From sequence record OZ035817.1: a stretch of DNA of 44,766 nucleotides. One strand, 5' to 3'. The position numbers were made by a program, and so were the translations under genes. This document shows, piece by piece, positions 9,576 through 18,815 of this stretch (positions within the stretch are counted from its first letter, which is position 1; every line of letters starts with the position of its first letter). This DNA comes from Vectrevirus DIJ06P1. Under the pieces are notes generated by a model. It did no database searches. It had not been told where the DNA came from and was given only the letters and a program-made list of their open reading frames with translations.

Positions 9576-9633
9576 TTGCTTAGTGTAACCTATGTATGCC
9601 GTGGTTAATTACTTATTGAATGAGGGATTAACT

Positions 9634-9813
9634 ATGACATTAAACAACCGTGAATTATCCGTTCTCTTCACTCTGTTGTGCTACATGATTCGTAACAACG
9701 AATTGCTTACAGATGACGAGTTGGCACTGTATCACCGCTTTCTTAACGAAGGTTGGACCGATACAGTTAATCAATACCGTAACATGATAGATGAGTTGAG
9801 GGAGGGTAAATAA
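9634..9813 (+). CDS. hypothetical early protein
   Basis: ATG at 9634 after GAGGG; the ORF-track start at 9592 has no RBS. Confidence 0.4.
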   Translation: MTLNNRELSVLFTLLCYMIRNNELLTDDELALYHRFLNEGWTDTVNQYRNMIDELREGK

Positions 9814-10037
9814 TGTATCAACATGAGGTATTCTTTGAATCAGCTAGCGAAGCTATTCGCTTCCGTGATGATATGATGCAAGCTGGTGTAGGCGTTGATG
9901 TGTATCACTATTTGATAGATTACGACACTGAATATCACCGAGTTACCTTAGTATCTGAGTATGACAACCAAGTCATTACTGAGTATCTAGGCAGTGAAGA
10001 TTACGATTACGATGAAGTAATCACGACAAATCTCTAA
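9813..10037 (+). CDS. hypothetical acidic early protein
   Basis: ATG after GGAGGG, overlapping the upstream stop; acidic, Tyr-rich. Confidence 0.5.
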   Translation: MYQHEVFFESASEAIRFRDDMMQAGVGVDVYHYLIDYDTEYHRVTLVSEYDNQVITEYLGSEDYDYDEVITTNL

Positions 10038-10045
10038 ATTAACTG

Positions 10046-10074
10046 TTGACAGCCACGGCATACAAGGTTACATT
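10046..10074 (+). promoter_or_regulatory. candidate host sigma70 early promoter
   Basis: TTGACA, 17-nt spacer, TACATT; same architecture as T7 A-type early promoters. Confidence 0.45.
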
Positions 10075-10107
10075 AAGCATCAAGACGGCGACGTCTTTAA
10101 ACATCCC

Positions 10108-10120
10108 GCTCTTTAACAAT
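10108..10120 (+). repeat. GCTCTTTAACAAT 13-mer, copy 2 of 3
   Basis: Exact repeat, about 60 nt downstream of the 10046 promoter. Confidence 0.6.
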
Positions 10121-10319
10121 ACGGTTTGTGTCTTGATAGGCTAACTAACTAACTAAGGTAATTATCATGAAAGGTTTAATTTGTGTAGAACGTATGGTCA
10201 ATGGTAAACTTGAAATATTACCACTGGAAAACCAATCTAGCTTCAAAGAGTGGTATGGCTGTTTCTCACTGATTTAAGGTAAAGGCTGGCACTAGTCAGC
10301 CTATCAAGGCGCAAACCAA

Positions 10320-10332
10320 GCTCTTTAACAAT
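10320..10332 (+). repeat. GCTCTTTAACAAT 13-mer, copy 3 of 3
   Basis: Exact repeat, about 100 nt upstream of ocr. Confidence 0.6.
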
Positions 10333-10428
10333 TTGGATGGTAGCTTCTTAGTCTGGATAGGTTAAACCTAGGAGATTCTCTTGAGTCTCCTATAATGTAA
10401 CCTAACTAACTAAATGAGGATTAATAAC

Positions 10429-10788
10429 ATGGCTATGTCTAATATGACTTACTCTCAGGTTTACAACAACGCTCATGCTGCATTAGTTGAACGTATCTGG
10501 AATGATGCTATTGATTGTATTGATAACGCGCATGATGCAATCCATGATGTGGCGGATAGTGCTGTACCAATCTATTATGCTGACATCTTCTCCGTGATGG
10601 CGAGTGAAGGAATTGATCATTTCTTCGAAGACTCCGGCCTGATGCCAGACACTAAGGATGTAACGGTAGTATTGCAAGCCCGTATCTATGAGCAACTCAC
10701 AATTGATCTATGGGAACGTGTTCAGTATATGATTGTTGAATACATCAACTCCGCCGAATATTTAGAAGAAGAAGAAGAGGAAGAATAA
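10429..10788 (+). CDS. ocr: Ocr-like DNA mimic (anti-restriction, T7 gp0.3 homolog)
   Basis: ATG at 10429 after GAGGA; [42 protein letters not shown] and [15 protein letters not shown] match T7 Ocr as I recall it; poly-Glu C-terminus. Confidence 0.85.
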   Translation: MAMSNMTYSQVYNNAHAALVERIWNDAIDCIDNAHDAIHDVADSAVPIYYADIFSVMASEGIDHFFEDSGLMPDTKDVTVVLQARIYEQLTIDLWERVQYMIVEYINSAEYLEEEEEEE

Positions 10789-10893
10789 TATGGAAAAGCT
10801 ATACAACTTTATCTTTTCAGACGGTGTAACCCTGAAGTGTTCCCTACGATTCGCACAAATTCGTGAGGAAGTACTAGGCACTACATACAAACT

Positions 10894-10918
10894 ATTTAGC
10901 TGACACTATAAGAGAAGG
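10894..10918 (+). promoter_or_regulatory. variant phage-promoter-like sequence
   Basis: ATTTAGCTGACACTATAAGAGAAGG; position +1 is A rather than G, so function is uncertain. Confidence 0.35.
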
Positions 10919-10979
10919 CTTAACAAGGCGTTGCTACGGTAGCGCCTGATTAAACTTTCACTTACTAGGAGTTAAGACT

Positions 10980-11207
10980 ATGGATTTAGATAGCATCATT
11001 ATGGCATTTGCTCTTATTGGCTTAAGCTGGTGCTCCTATCACCTTTACCGTGAGTTCTTATTTGATAAAGCTAAACGCAAACTAAGAAAGGAAGGCGGTA
11101 ATTACCTTTGTGTAAGAGATGGGCTTGTAGAATACATTGCACCTAACGGCACGGAATGCGCCATTAGCAAAGATGCATTTATAGAAACGTGGCATTACAT
11201 CAAGTAA
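10980..11207 (+). CDS. hypothetical early protein with N-terminal hydrophobic segment
   Basis: ATG after AGGAG; 75 aa. Confidence 0.5.
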   Translation: MDLDSIIMAFALIGLSWCSYHLYREFLFDKAKRKLRKEGGNYLCVRDGLVEYIAPNGTECAISKDAFIETWHYIK

Positions 11208-11241
11208 CTAGCCTATAGCCTACCTGAGTGGGCTATGTGAT

Positions 11242-11264
11242 ATTTACTTACACTATATAAGGTG
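11242..11264 (+). promoter_or_regulatory. variant phage-promoter-like sequence
   Basis: ATTTACTTACACTATATAAGG; degenerate around +1. Confidence 0.3.
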
Positions 11265-11270
11265 ACTATT

Positions 11271-12155
11271 ATGACTACTGAAAACACCCTCCTGTCTGTT
11301 CGTGAAGCTGCAACCGCTGAGATCAAGCAACACTTAGACAATATCGGCACTTCTTACATCAAAGTTGGCGCTTGTCTTAATGAGTTACGCGGTGACTTTG
11401 AAGGTCAAAAAGACTTTTTGGCTTATGTAGAATCAGAATTTGGAATCAAGAAAGCACAATGTTACAAGCTGATGAGTGTAGCCCGTGTCTTTGAAGGCGA
11501 TGATCGCTTTAAAGGCGTGGCGATGCGTGTAATGCTGGCGCTTGTTCCTTTCGCTGATGAAAATATAATCATGGAGAAGGCCGCAGAACTCGCCGCAAAT
11601 GGCAAGCTGGACACTAATGCCGTAAACGCCCTGATTGAACCTAAGAAAGAGTCAAAGGCCGAAACGGTACAATCTAAGGCTGAGACAGTAAAACCGCAGG
11701 AGAACGCGACTGAGTCCGCAGAATTACAGGAAATGCAAGCGCCGCAGGTAGTGCCACCCGCGAGCGAGCAGGAGGCCGACGAATCAGCACCTTGGGAAGA
11801 GGAAAGCAAGCCGGAAGCGCCTAAGGCCGCGCCACTGGATAACACGGCTAACACCGAGAATGCCACTATTGCTGGTCTGCTGGCACAAATTAAAGCACTG
11901 ACCGAGCAATTACAGGTAGCTAATGACCGCATTGCCTCCTTAAGCAGCGCACGCGAAAGCAAGAAAGCAGCCGCACCTATGCTGCCGCAGTTCAAATCTT
12001 CCTGCTTCTACGCTCGCTTAGGCTTGAGCGCTGAGGAGGCAACGAAGAAAACAGCAGTTAACAAGGCACGCCGCGAACTGGTTAAGCTAGGCTATGGTGA
12101 AGGCCATGAAGCATGGGCCTTAATCTCTGAGGCAGTAGAAGAATTAACTAAGTAA
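11271..12155 (+). CDS. hypothetical early protein with Ala/Glu/Lys-rich low-complexity linker
   Basis: ATG at 11271 (GTG at 11262 possible); folded N-terminal part, long low-complexity middle, helical C-terminus; sits where T7 has host-takeover genes but shows no kinase motifs. Confidence 0.55.
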   Translation: MTTENTLLSVREAATAEIKQHLDNIGTSYIKVGACLNELRGDFEGQKDFLAYVESEFGIKKAQCYKLMSVARVFEGDDRFKGVAMRVMLALVPFADENIIMEKAAELAANGKLDTNAVNALIEPKKESKAETVQSKAETVKPQENATESAELQEMQAPQVVPPASEQEADESAPWEEESKPEAPKAAPLDNTANTENATIAGLLAQIKALTEQLQVANDRIASLSSARESKKAAAPMLPQFKSSCFYARLGLSAEEATKKTAVNKARRELVKLGYGEGHEAWALISEAVEELTK

Positions 12156-12218
12156 CCTTATCGGTGGCATCTTCTTAGGTGTCACCTATTAAGGTTTCTT
12201 TCACTAGGAGTAAACAAG

Positions 12219-14846
12219 ATGCAAGACTTACACGCTATTCAACTTCAACTTGAAGAAGAAATGTTTAACGGCGGTATCCGTCGCTTTGAAGCGGACCAAC
12301 AGCGCCAGATTGCATCCGGTAATGAATCAGACACGGCATGGAATCGCCGCTTATTGTCCGAGTTAATTGCGCCAATGGCTGAAGGTATTCAGGCATACAA
12401 GGAAGAGTATGAAGGTAAAAGAGGCCGTGCACCGCGTGCATTAGCTTTCATTAACTGCGTAGAAAATGAAGTGGCAGCGTATATCACGATGAAAATCGTT
12501 ATGGATATGCTGAACACGGATGTAACCTTGCAGGCTATAGCCATGAATGTAGCTGACCGCATTGAGGACCAAGTACGTTTTAGCAAGCTGGAAGGTCACG
12601 CCGCCAAATACTTTGAAAAAGTTAAGAAGTCACTTAAGGCAAGTAAGACTAAATCATATCGCCATGCGCACAACGTAGCGGTAGTGGCTGAGAAGTCAGT
12701 AGCTGACCGTGACGCTGATTTCTCCCGCTGGGAGGCATGGCCTAAAGACACCTTGCTGCAAATTGGGATGACCTTGCTTGAAATCTTAGAGAATAGCGTA
12801 TTCTTCAACGGGCAACCTGTCTTCCTCCGCACCTTGCGCACTAATGGCGGCAAACATGGTGTTTACTACCTACAGACTAGTGAACACGTAGGTGAGTGGA
12901 TAACTGCATTTAAAGAACATGTAGCGCAACTTAGTCCAGCCTATGCACCTTGCGTTATTCCTCCGCGTCCGTGGGTATCACCCTTTAACGGTGGGTTTCA
13001 TACTGAGAAAGTAGCAAGCCGTATTCGTCTGGTAAAAGGCAATCGTGAGCACGTCCGCAAGCTGACCAAAAAGCAAATGCCAGCGGTTTACAAGGCTGTT
13101 AACGCTTTGCAGGCGACTAAGTGGCAGGTTAATAAAGAGGTTTTACAGGTTGTGGAGGACGTTATACGTCTAGACCTCGGCTATGGTGTACCTTCCTTTA
13201 AACCACTCATCGACCGTGAGAACAAGCCAGCTAATCCGGTGCCGTTAGAGTTCCAGCACCTGCGAGGCCGTGAACTGAAAGAAATGCTTACGCCGGAACA
13301 ATGGCAAGCCTTTATCAACTGGAAAGGTGAATGTACTAAGCTGTACACCGCTGAAACTAAGCGCGGAAGCAAATCGGCGGCAACCGTTCGCATGGTCGGT
13401 CAGGCCCGTAAATATAGCCAGTTCGACGCAATCTACTTCGTGTATGCACTGGACAGCCGCAGCCGTGTATACGCGCAATCTAGCACACTCTCACCGCAAT
13501 CAAATGACTTGGGCAAGGCCTTGCTCCGTTTTACCGAAGGGCAGCGTCTTGATAGCGCTGAGGCGCTTAAGTGGTTTTTGGTGAACGGGGCTAATAACTG
13601 GGGTTGGGATAAGAAAACTTTTGACGTGCGCACTGCTAACGTGCTGGATAGTGAATTTCAAGACATGTGCCGCGACATTGCAGCCAACCCGCTGACCTTC
13701 ACTCAATGGGTGAATGCTGATTCCCCTTATGGCTTCCTTGCATGGTGCTTTGAATATGCGCGTTATCTGGATGCACTGGACGAAGGAACGCAAGACCAAT
13801 TCATGACGCACCTACCCGTCCATCAAGATGGTAGTTGCTCTGGTATCCAGCACTATAGCGCGATGTTACGAGATGAAGTAGGTGCGAAAGCAGTAAACCT
13901 TAAGCCTTCTGACTCCCCTCAAGATATTTATGGCGCGGTTGCGCAGGTTGTTATCCAGAAGAATTACGCCTACATGAATGCAGACGACGCAGTGACTTTC
14001 ACATCCGGAAGCGTCACACTTACAGGTGCAGAACTGCGTAGCATGGCTAGTGCGTGGGATATGATAGGAATCACTCGCGGATTGACCAAAAAGCCCGTAA
14101 TGACACTACCTTATGGCAGCACACGTCTAACCTGCCGTGAATCAGTGATTGATTATATCGTTGATTTAGAAGAAAAAGAGGCCCAACGGGCTATTGCGGA
14201 AGGGCGTACCGCCAATCCTGTACACCCTTTTGATAATGACCGTAAAGACAGCCTGACACCTAGCGCAGCTTATAACTATATGACAGCTTTAATCTGGCCT
14301 TCTATTTCGGAAGTGGTTAAAGCTCCTATAGTGGCAATGAAAATGATTCGTCAGCTTGCCCGTTTCGCAGCTAAAAGGAATGAAGGCTTAGAGTATACCC
14401 TGCCTACTGGCTTCATCTTGCAACAAAAGATTATGGCTACTGATATGCTCCGCGTATCTACTTGCTTGATGGGAGAAATCAAGATGAGTCTACAGATTGA
14501 AACGGACGTAGTAGATGAAACGGCAATGATGGGCGCTGCTGCTCCTAACTTTGTGCATGGTCATGATGCCAGTCACCTTATCTTAACGGTCTGCGACCTT
14601 GTTGATAAAGGGATTACATCTATCGCAGTAATTCATGATTCTTTTGGCACTCATGCAGGCCGTACAGCCGATCTACGCAACAGCTTAAGGGCAGAAATGG
14701 TGAAAATGTACCAAGGCCGTAATGCACTGCAAAGCCTGCTAGATGAGCACGAAGAACGCTGGTTAGTTGATACAGGAATCCAAGTACCAGAGCAAGGGGA
14801 GTTTGACCTTAACGAAATCTTAGTTTCAGACTATTGCTTCGCATAA
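12219..14846 (+). CDS. single-subunit DNA-directed RNA polymerase, SP6 type
   Basis: 875 aa; hallmark blocks [24 protein letters not shown] and IHDSFGTH; very close to SP6 RNAP as I recall it, consistent with the SP6-type promoters. Confidence 0.95.
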   Translation: MQDLHAIQLQLEEEMFNGGIRRFEADQQRQIASGNESDTAWNRRLLSELIAPMAEGIQAYKEEYEGKRGRAPRALAFINCVENEVAAYITMKIVMDMLNTDVTLQAIAMNVADRIEDQVRFSKLEGHAAKYFEKVKKSLKASKTKSYRHAHNVAVVAEKSVADRDADFSRWEAWPKDTLLQIGMTLLEILENSVFFNGQPVFLRTLRTNGGKHGVYYLQTSEHVGEWITAFKEHVAQLSPAYAPCVIPPRPWVSPFNGGFHTEKVASRIRLVKGNREHVRKLTKKQMPAVYKAVNALQATKWQVNKEVLQVVEDVIRLDLGYGVPSFKPLIDRENKPANPVPLEFQHLRGRELKEMLTPEQWQAFINWKGECTKLYTAETKRGSKSAATVRMVGQARKYSQFDAIYFVYALDSRSRVYAQSSTLSPQSNDLGKALLRFTEGQRLDSAEALKWFLVNGANNWGWDKKTFDVRTANVLDSEFQDMCRDIAANPLTFTQWVNADSPYGFLAWCFEYARYLDALDEGTQDQFMTHLPVHQDGSCSGIQHYSAMLRDEVGAKAVNLKPSDSPQDIYGAVAQVVIQKNYAYMNADDAVTFTSGSVTLTGAELRSMASAWDMIGITRGLTKKPVMTLPYGSTRLTCRESVIDYIVDLEEKEAQRAIAEGRTANPVHPFDNDRKDSLTPSAAYNYMTALIWPSISEVVKAPIVAMKMIRQLARFAAKRNEGLEYTLPTGFILQQKIMATDMLRVSTCLMGEIKMSLQIETDVVDETAMMGAAAPNFVHGHDASHLILTVCDLVDKGITSIAVIHDSFGTHAGRTADLRNSLRAEMVKMYQGRNALQSLLDEHEERWLVDTGIQVPEQGEFDLNEILVSDYCFA

Positions 14847-14854
14847 TATTAATA

Positions 14855-14885
14855 GGCCATTCCTTCGGGGGTGGCCTTTCTTTTA
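14855..14885 (+). terminator. intrinsic terminator after the RNAP gene (early terminator analogue)
   Basis: GGCCAUUCC-UUCG-GGGGUGGCC hairpin with UUCG tetraloop, followed by UUUCUUUU. Confidence 0.65.
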
Positions 14886-14919
14886 CCTACTACCTGTAAC
14901 ATTTCATTAACATAAACGT

Positions 14920-14935
14920 GTCTCACACGTGAGAC
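14920..14935. repeat. palindrome GTCTCA-CACG-TGAGAC, copy a
   Basis: One of six copies of GTCTCA-N4-TGAGAC; abuts the promoter at 14938. Confidence 0.7.
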
Positions 14936-14937
14936 TT

Positions 14938-14960
14938 ATTTACCGGACACTATAGGATAA
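14938..14960 (+). promoter_or_regulatory. SP6-type phage RNAP promoter (first of tandem pair)
   Basis: ATTTACCGGACACTATAGGATAA. Confidence 0.7.
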
Positions 14961-15100
14961 CCGTCGGAGACGGAAAGAGAAGGGAAGATAAGGATATAAA
15001 GGAAGTAATAGGTATTAAAGGTTATATAGGTTTACCTAGGAATACCTATTACCTTCTTCCTTCCTCTTATTACTACTTAGAGGAAGGTCAGACCTAAGTT
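14956..15100. other. AT-rich region with purine tract and 11-bp inverted repeat between tandem promoters (putative primary origin or RNA processing site)
   Basis: TAATAGGTATT (15006-15016) and AATACCTATTA (15041-15051) inverted; purine run 14966-15010; placement mirrors the T7 origin downstream of gene 1. Confidence 0.4.
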
Positions 15101-15116
15101 GTCTCACATGTGAGAC
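15101..15116. repeat. palindrome GTCTCA-CATG-TGAGAC, copy b
   Basis: Perfect 16-bp palindrome just before the promoter at 15122. Confidence 0.7.
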
Positions 15117-15121
15117 TTCGT

Positions 15122-15143
15122 ATTTACCGGACAGTATAGATAA
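15122..15143 (+). promoter_or_regulatory. SP6-type phage RNAP promoter, variant (second of tandem pair)
   Basis: ATTTACCGGACAGTATAGATAA; CAGTATAG instead of CACTATAG. Confidence 0.5.
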
Positions 15144-15302
15144 GACTAACTTACTTTGGAGATTTAACCATGCGTAACTTTGAGAAGATGACCCGTAAAG
15201 CTAACCGTTTTGACATGGAAGAAGGGGCAGACGAAAGGCAAGAAGCTGAATAAACCTGTCCGTGACCGTGCATCTAAACGCGCAGCATGGGAGTTCTGAG
15301 TT

Positions 15303-15521
15303 ATGGCTAAATACAGAATCAAGACCTGTTTAAATAGTCACGGGCAAGAGTTCTACGTAGTGCAACGTAAAGTATTAGGCTTAATATGGGTCACTTGTAT
15401 GATGCCTATTGGCTATACTGATACAGAGGCTATCTTCTGCACCGAAAGGGATGCAAAGAAGTTTATCTCTAAGCGTAGAAAAGCTGACTCTTACCAACCT
15501 AGAATTATTAAGGTGAACTAA
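15303..15521 (+). CDS. hypothetical protein
   Basis: 72-aa ORF; stop overlaps the primase-helicase start. Confidence 0.45.
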   Translation: MAKYRIKTCLNSHGQEFYVVQRKVLGLIWVTCMMPIGYTDTEAIFCTERDAKKFISKRRKADSYQPRIIKVN

Positions 15522-17509
15522 TGGCTATTATTAATAACATCCCGTGCCCTGCCTGCCAGAAGAATGGGCACGATAAATCCGGCAATCATCTCATGATATT
15601 TGATGATGGTGCTGGCTATTGTAACCGTGGTCACTTCCATGATAATGGGAAGCCCTATTACCATAAGCCAGAGGGTGGTATCGAGATAACCGAATTGCCT
15701 ATTACTGGCAATATCAAATATACACCTTCTCAATTCAAAGAAATGGAGAAGGAAGGGAAGATAAGCGACCCTAAGCTACGCGCCATCGCTCTTGGTGGTA
15801 TGCGTATGAAAGACCGTTGGGAGGTCATGAATGAGCAAGAAAGGGCAGAGCAAGAAGCAGAGTGGAAACTTGATGTTGAATGGTTCCTCACGCTTAAGCG
15901 TAAGAACCTTGTTTCCAGACACATTCGCGGCGACATTTGCGCATTGTATGATGTACGTGTTGGGCACGATGAAGAGGGTAGAGTCTCACGGCATTACTAT
16001 CCACGCTTCGAAAAAGGTGAGCTAGTAGGCGCTAAGTGTCGTACCTTACCTAAAGATTTCAAGTTTGGACACTTAGGTAAACTCTTTGGTATGCAAGATC
16101 TTTTCGGTATGAATATTTTGTCTCACGTGTTAGACAAGGGAAGACGAAAGGATTGCTTGCTTATTGTGGGTGGGGAACTGGATGCACTAGCAGCGCAGCA
16201 GATGCTCCTTGATTCTGCCAAGGGTACTAAGTGGGAAGGTCAACCTTACCATGTATGGTCTGTTAACAAAGGGGAGTCTTGCCTTGAAGAGATTGTGCAG
16301 AACCGTGAACACATCGCCCAATTCAAGAAGATTATTTGGGGCTTCGATGGGGATGAGGTAGGGCAGAAGCAGAACCAGCAAGCGGCTCGCCTGTTCCCTG
16401 GCAAATCCTATATCCTTGAATATCCCTCTGGTTGCAAAGATGCTAACAAGGCATTGATGGCTGGCAAGGCTAAAGAATTTGTAGATGCATGGTTTAATGC
16501 CAAGTCATCTGATGAAGTCTTTGGTAGCCAGATTAAATCTATCGCATCTCAAAGGGATAAGCTCAAGGCTGCACGTCCAGAGCAAGGACTATCATGGCCT
16601 TGGCCTAAGCTGAACAAGGTAACGCTAGGTATTCGTAAGAACCAGCTTATCATTGTAGGTGCAGGGTCTGGTGTAGGTAAGACTGAGTTCCTTCGTGAAG
16701 TAGTTAAGCACCTCATTGAAGAACACGGTGAATCTGTAGGCATCATTTCTACAGAAGACCCGATGGTCAAGGTGTCCCGTGCTTTTATCGGCAAGTGGAT
16801 TGATAAGCGTATTGAGTTACCGCCAACCAACGACCCGAAAGAAGACGGATACCGTGAGGTGTTCGACTACACCGAGGAAGAAGCTAACGCCGCCATTGAT
16901 TATGTAGCTGATACAGGTAAGCTGTTTGTAGCTGACCTAGAGGGTGACTATTCGATGGAAAAGGTAGAGCAAACTTGCCTAGAGTTTGAGGCTATGGGCA
17001 TTTCTAATATCATCATTGATAACTTAACGGGGATTAAATTAGATGAGCGTGCTTTTGGTGGGAAGGTTGGTGCACTTGATGAATGCGTCAAGCGGATTGG
17101 TACTATCAAAGACCGACACCCGGTTACTATATTCCTTGTATCACACCTTACACGTCCTCCGGCAAACCGTACCCAACACGAAGAAGGTGGCGAAGTTATC
17201 CTTTCTGACTTCCGAGGCTCAGGAGCTATCGGATTCTGGGCATCTTACGCCTTGGGGATTGAGCGTAATACAAGAGCTGAAACGCTTGACGAAAGGACTA
17301 CCACGTACATCTCATGTGTCAAAGACCGCGACCAAGGTATCTACACTGGAACCAAGGTCATGCTTAAGGGTGACATTCAAACCGGACGTTTAATGGAACC
17401 ACAAGCCCGTACTAAGTCATTTGATACAGGTGAAGCAAGGCAACAAGAAGTACCAGATTTACCGGACACTATAGAAGAGACTAACTTCGATGAAGAAAGT
17501 GAGTTCTGA
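15521..17509 (+). CDS. DNA primase/helicase (T7 gp4-like)
   Basis: N-terminal Zn finger CPACQ...CNRGH; Walker A GAGSGVGKTEF; acidic C-terminal tail ending DEESEF. Confidence 0.9.
   Translation: MAIINNIPCPACQKNGHDKSGNHLMIFDDGAGYCNRGHFHDNGKPYYHKPEGGIEITELPITGNIKYTPSQFKEMEKEGKISDPKLRAIALGGMRMKDRWEVMNEQERAEQEAEWKLDVEWFLTLKRKNLVSRHIRGDICALYDVRVGHDEEGRVSRHYYPRFEKGELVGAKCRTLPKDFKFGHLGKLFGMQDLFGMNILSHVLDKGRRKDCLLIVGGELDALAAQQMLLDSAKGTKWEGQPYHVWSVNKGESCLEEIVQNREHIAQFKKIIWGFDGDEVGQKQNQQAARLFPGKSYILEYPSGCKDANKALMAGKAKEFVDAWFNAKSSDEVFGSQIKSIASQRDKLKAARPEQGLSWPWPKLNKVTLGIRKNQLIIVGAGSGVGKTEFLREVVKHLIEEHGESVGIISTEDPMVKVSRAFIGKWIDKRIELPPTNDPKEDGYREVFDYTEEEANAAIDYVADTGKLFVADLEGDYSMEKVEQTCLEFEAMGISNIIIDNLTGIKLDERAFGGKVGALDECVKRIGTIKDRHPVTIFLVSHLTRPPANRTQHEEGGEVILSDFRGSGAIGFWASYALGIERNTRAETLDERTTTYISCVKDRDQGIYTGTKVMLKGDIQTGRLMEPQARTKSFDTGEARQQEVPDLPDTIEETNFDEESEF
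17457..17480 (+). promoter_or_regulatory. SP6-type phage RNAP promoter inside the 3' end of the primase-helicase gene
   Basis: ATTTACCGGACACTATAGAAGAGA, full consensus match. Confidence 0.6.
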
Positions 17510-17530
17510 TTAGTGTATTTATCAGGGCTT

Positions 17531-17546
17531 GTCTCACATGTGAGAC
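17531..17546. repeat. palindrome GTCTCA-CATG-TGAGAC, copy c
   Basis: Flanks extend the stem (CTTGTCTCACATGTGAGACAGG); same extended sequence as copy f. Confidence 0.7.
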
Positions 17547-17585
17547 AGGCTCTTATTAAGTACATTAAATAACTGGAGATTGATT

Positions 17586-18269
17586 ATGTATAACTTAGTG
17601 TTGAATGTAGGTGACTTTGTACGCAACATCAAGAAAGATTCAAGTCGCTATCTTTGCCGTGGTGTTGTAACCTTTGTAGGTGAGAACCTGTATTATGTAG
17701 AATATCGCAGTGGTGTTAAGCAATATTACCACAAGAAGACAGCACATAAATATCTTGAAAAGATTGTAGAGATAAACAATCAATGTAAGTGCATACATGA
17801 TGAGGTTTGCGATAAATGTGCTCGCCAGATGCTTAAGAATTTCCTAGCTCCTCTTTATTATGGTGCTGGTCCTCAAACACTAGCAGAGTACATGGCAGAA
17901 AAGAAAACCACACTCAAGAAAGAGCGTCGCAATGTAATCACTGGTAAGACTCAAAGTGAGATGATTAAGCAATGTGGCACTGCATTAGGTGTTACACAGT
18001 TTAATACTCGTGCATTGGGTAAATCCACAGGACAAGCTATGGTAAAGATTGGAGAAGCCATGATGCATCCAAATGTACCTGTGCGAATCATGGATGTTGA
18101 CCATGCAATCACAGAACAAGGTACGCAACGACGTGTAATTAATAAGCATTTTGCCGACACTATAGAAGGTATTATTCGTAAGCAAGGGTTGAAAGGTCTT
18201 CACATCTTGAATGATGAAGAGTTACTGTACCTCCCTATTGTTACTGAAGAAACCTACGTGAATATCTAA
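17586..18269 (+). CDS. hypothetical protein
   Basis: ATG at 17586 after GGAGAT; 227 aa; AT-rich. Confidence 0.5.
   Translation: MYNLVLNVGDFVRNIKKDSSRYLCRGVVTFVGENLYYVEYRSGVKQYYHKKTAHKYLEKIVEINNQCKCIHDEVCDKCARQMLKNFLAPLYYGAGPQTLAEYMAEKKTTLKKERRNVITGKTQSEMIKQCGTALGVTQFNTRALGKSTGQAMVKIGEAMMHPNVPVRIMDVDHAITEQGTQRRVINKHFADTIEGIIRKQGLKGLHILNDEELLYLPIVTEETYVNI
18148..18170 (+). promoter_or_regulatory. weak phage-promoter-like sequence (intragenic)
   Basis: ATTTTGCCGACACTATAGAAGGT, 14 of 17 upstream positions match consensus. Confidence 0.3.
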
Positions 18270-18279
18270 GGAGTTAATC

Positions 18280-18498
18280 ATGACTAAAGTATTAATTTAT
18301 ATGCGTGGACCTCATAAATGCTATGCAGTTGTAGCACCAAATGGTGTTAAGCCTTATAGTACTTCAAAAGGATTGGCATTAATAGGTGCTAGTAGTAGTG
18401 CAAGTTTCCAAATGGAACTTTTTGGTCATTGGAATGAAAGGCAATTCCGTGAGGATTTTAAAGTCATTGGCAGCTTCATGGTGAAACATGCAGAATAA
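18280..18498 (+). CDS. hypothetical protein
   Basis: 72-aa ORF. Confidence 0.45.
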   Translation: MTKVLIYMRGPHKCYAVVAPNGVKPYSTSKGLALIGASSSASFQMELFGHWNERQFREDFKVIGSFMVKHAE

Positions 18499-18674
18499 AC
18501 ATAGTCTTAAAATGTTCGATGGTCATGAAGACCTGCAAGCCAAGATTACTAACCAAGCCTTCATGTTTGCACAGTTAACTATGGCTGAAGCAAAGAAGAA
18601 TAGCCTGACGCGTGAACAGGTTATCAAGGAAAGTGAAGTGAAACGTAAGATTCGCAGTCGATAAGTCAAGGGTT

Positions 18675-18690
18675 GTCTCACACGTGAGAC
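18675..18690. repeat. palindrome GTCTCA-CACG-TGAGAC, copy d
   Basis: Intergenic, upstream of the DNA polymerase gene. Confidence 0.7.
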
Positions 18691-18815
18691 AGCCTTTCAT
18701 CATATTGATTGGAGGTGCATTATGCCACGTGATTATGATTCTGATTGGGACTATTATGACTCAATGAATCCAAAACCCGAACGTTCAGATGATTACTACG
18801 AAACAGAGGCAATGT

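Larger units (their letters stand above)
8965..9584. repeat. genome-terminus region with dispersed CTTAGT motifs (about 18 copies, densest 9130-9265)
   Basis: Non-coding about 800 bp; motif (C/G)CTTAGT recurs irregularly; a nearby GTTGCCCCCATAGGGTGGCC segment resembles the T7 left-end sequence as I recall it. Confidence 0.6.

Noticed and set aside
8965-9584. CTTAGT repeat array considered as a CRISPR array
   Set aside because: Repeat unit is only 6-7 bp with irregular spacing and no spacer-repeat periodicity; it fits T7-like terminus repeats.
10281-10300. TGGCAC-containing sequence as a sigma54 promoter
   Set aside because: The -12 element does not match the TTGC consensus; only the -24 GG half is present.
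11462-11995. 177-aa minus-strand ORF
   Set aside because: Shadow ORF opposite the Ala/Glu-rich linker of the 11271..12155 gene; the GC-rich repetitive codons keep the antisense frame open.
13327-13584. Alternative-frame + strand ORFs nested in large genes (for example 13327..13584, 3189..3371, 19627..20082, 17043..17393)
   Set aside because: They lie wholly inside well-supported genes in other frames and have no independent start signals.
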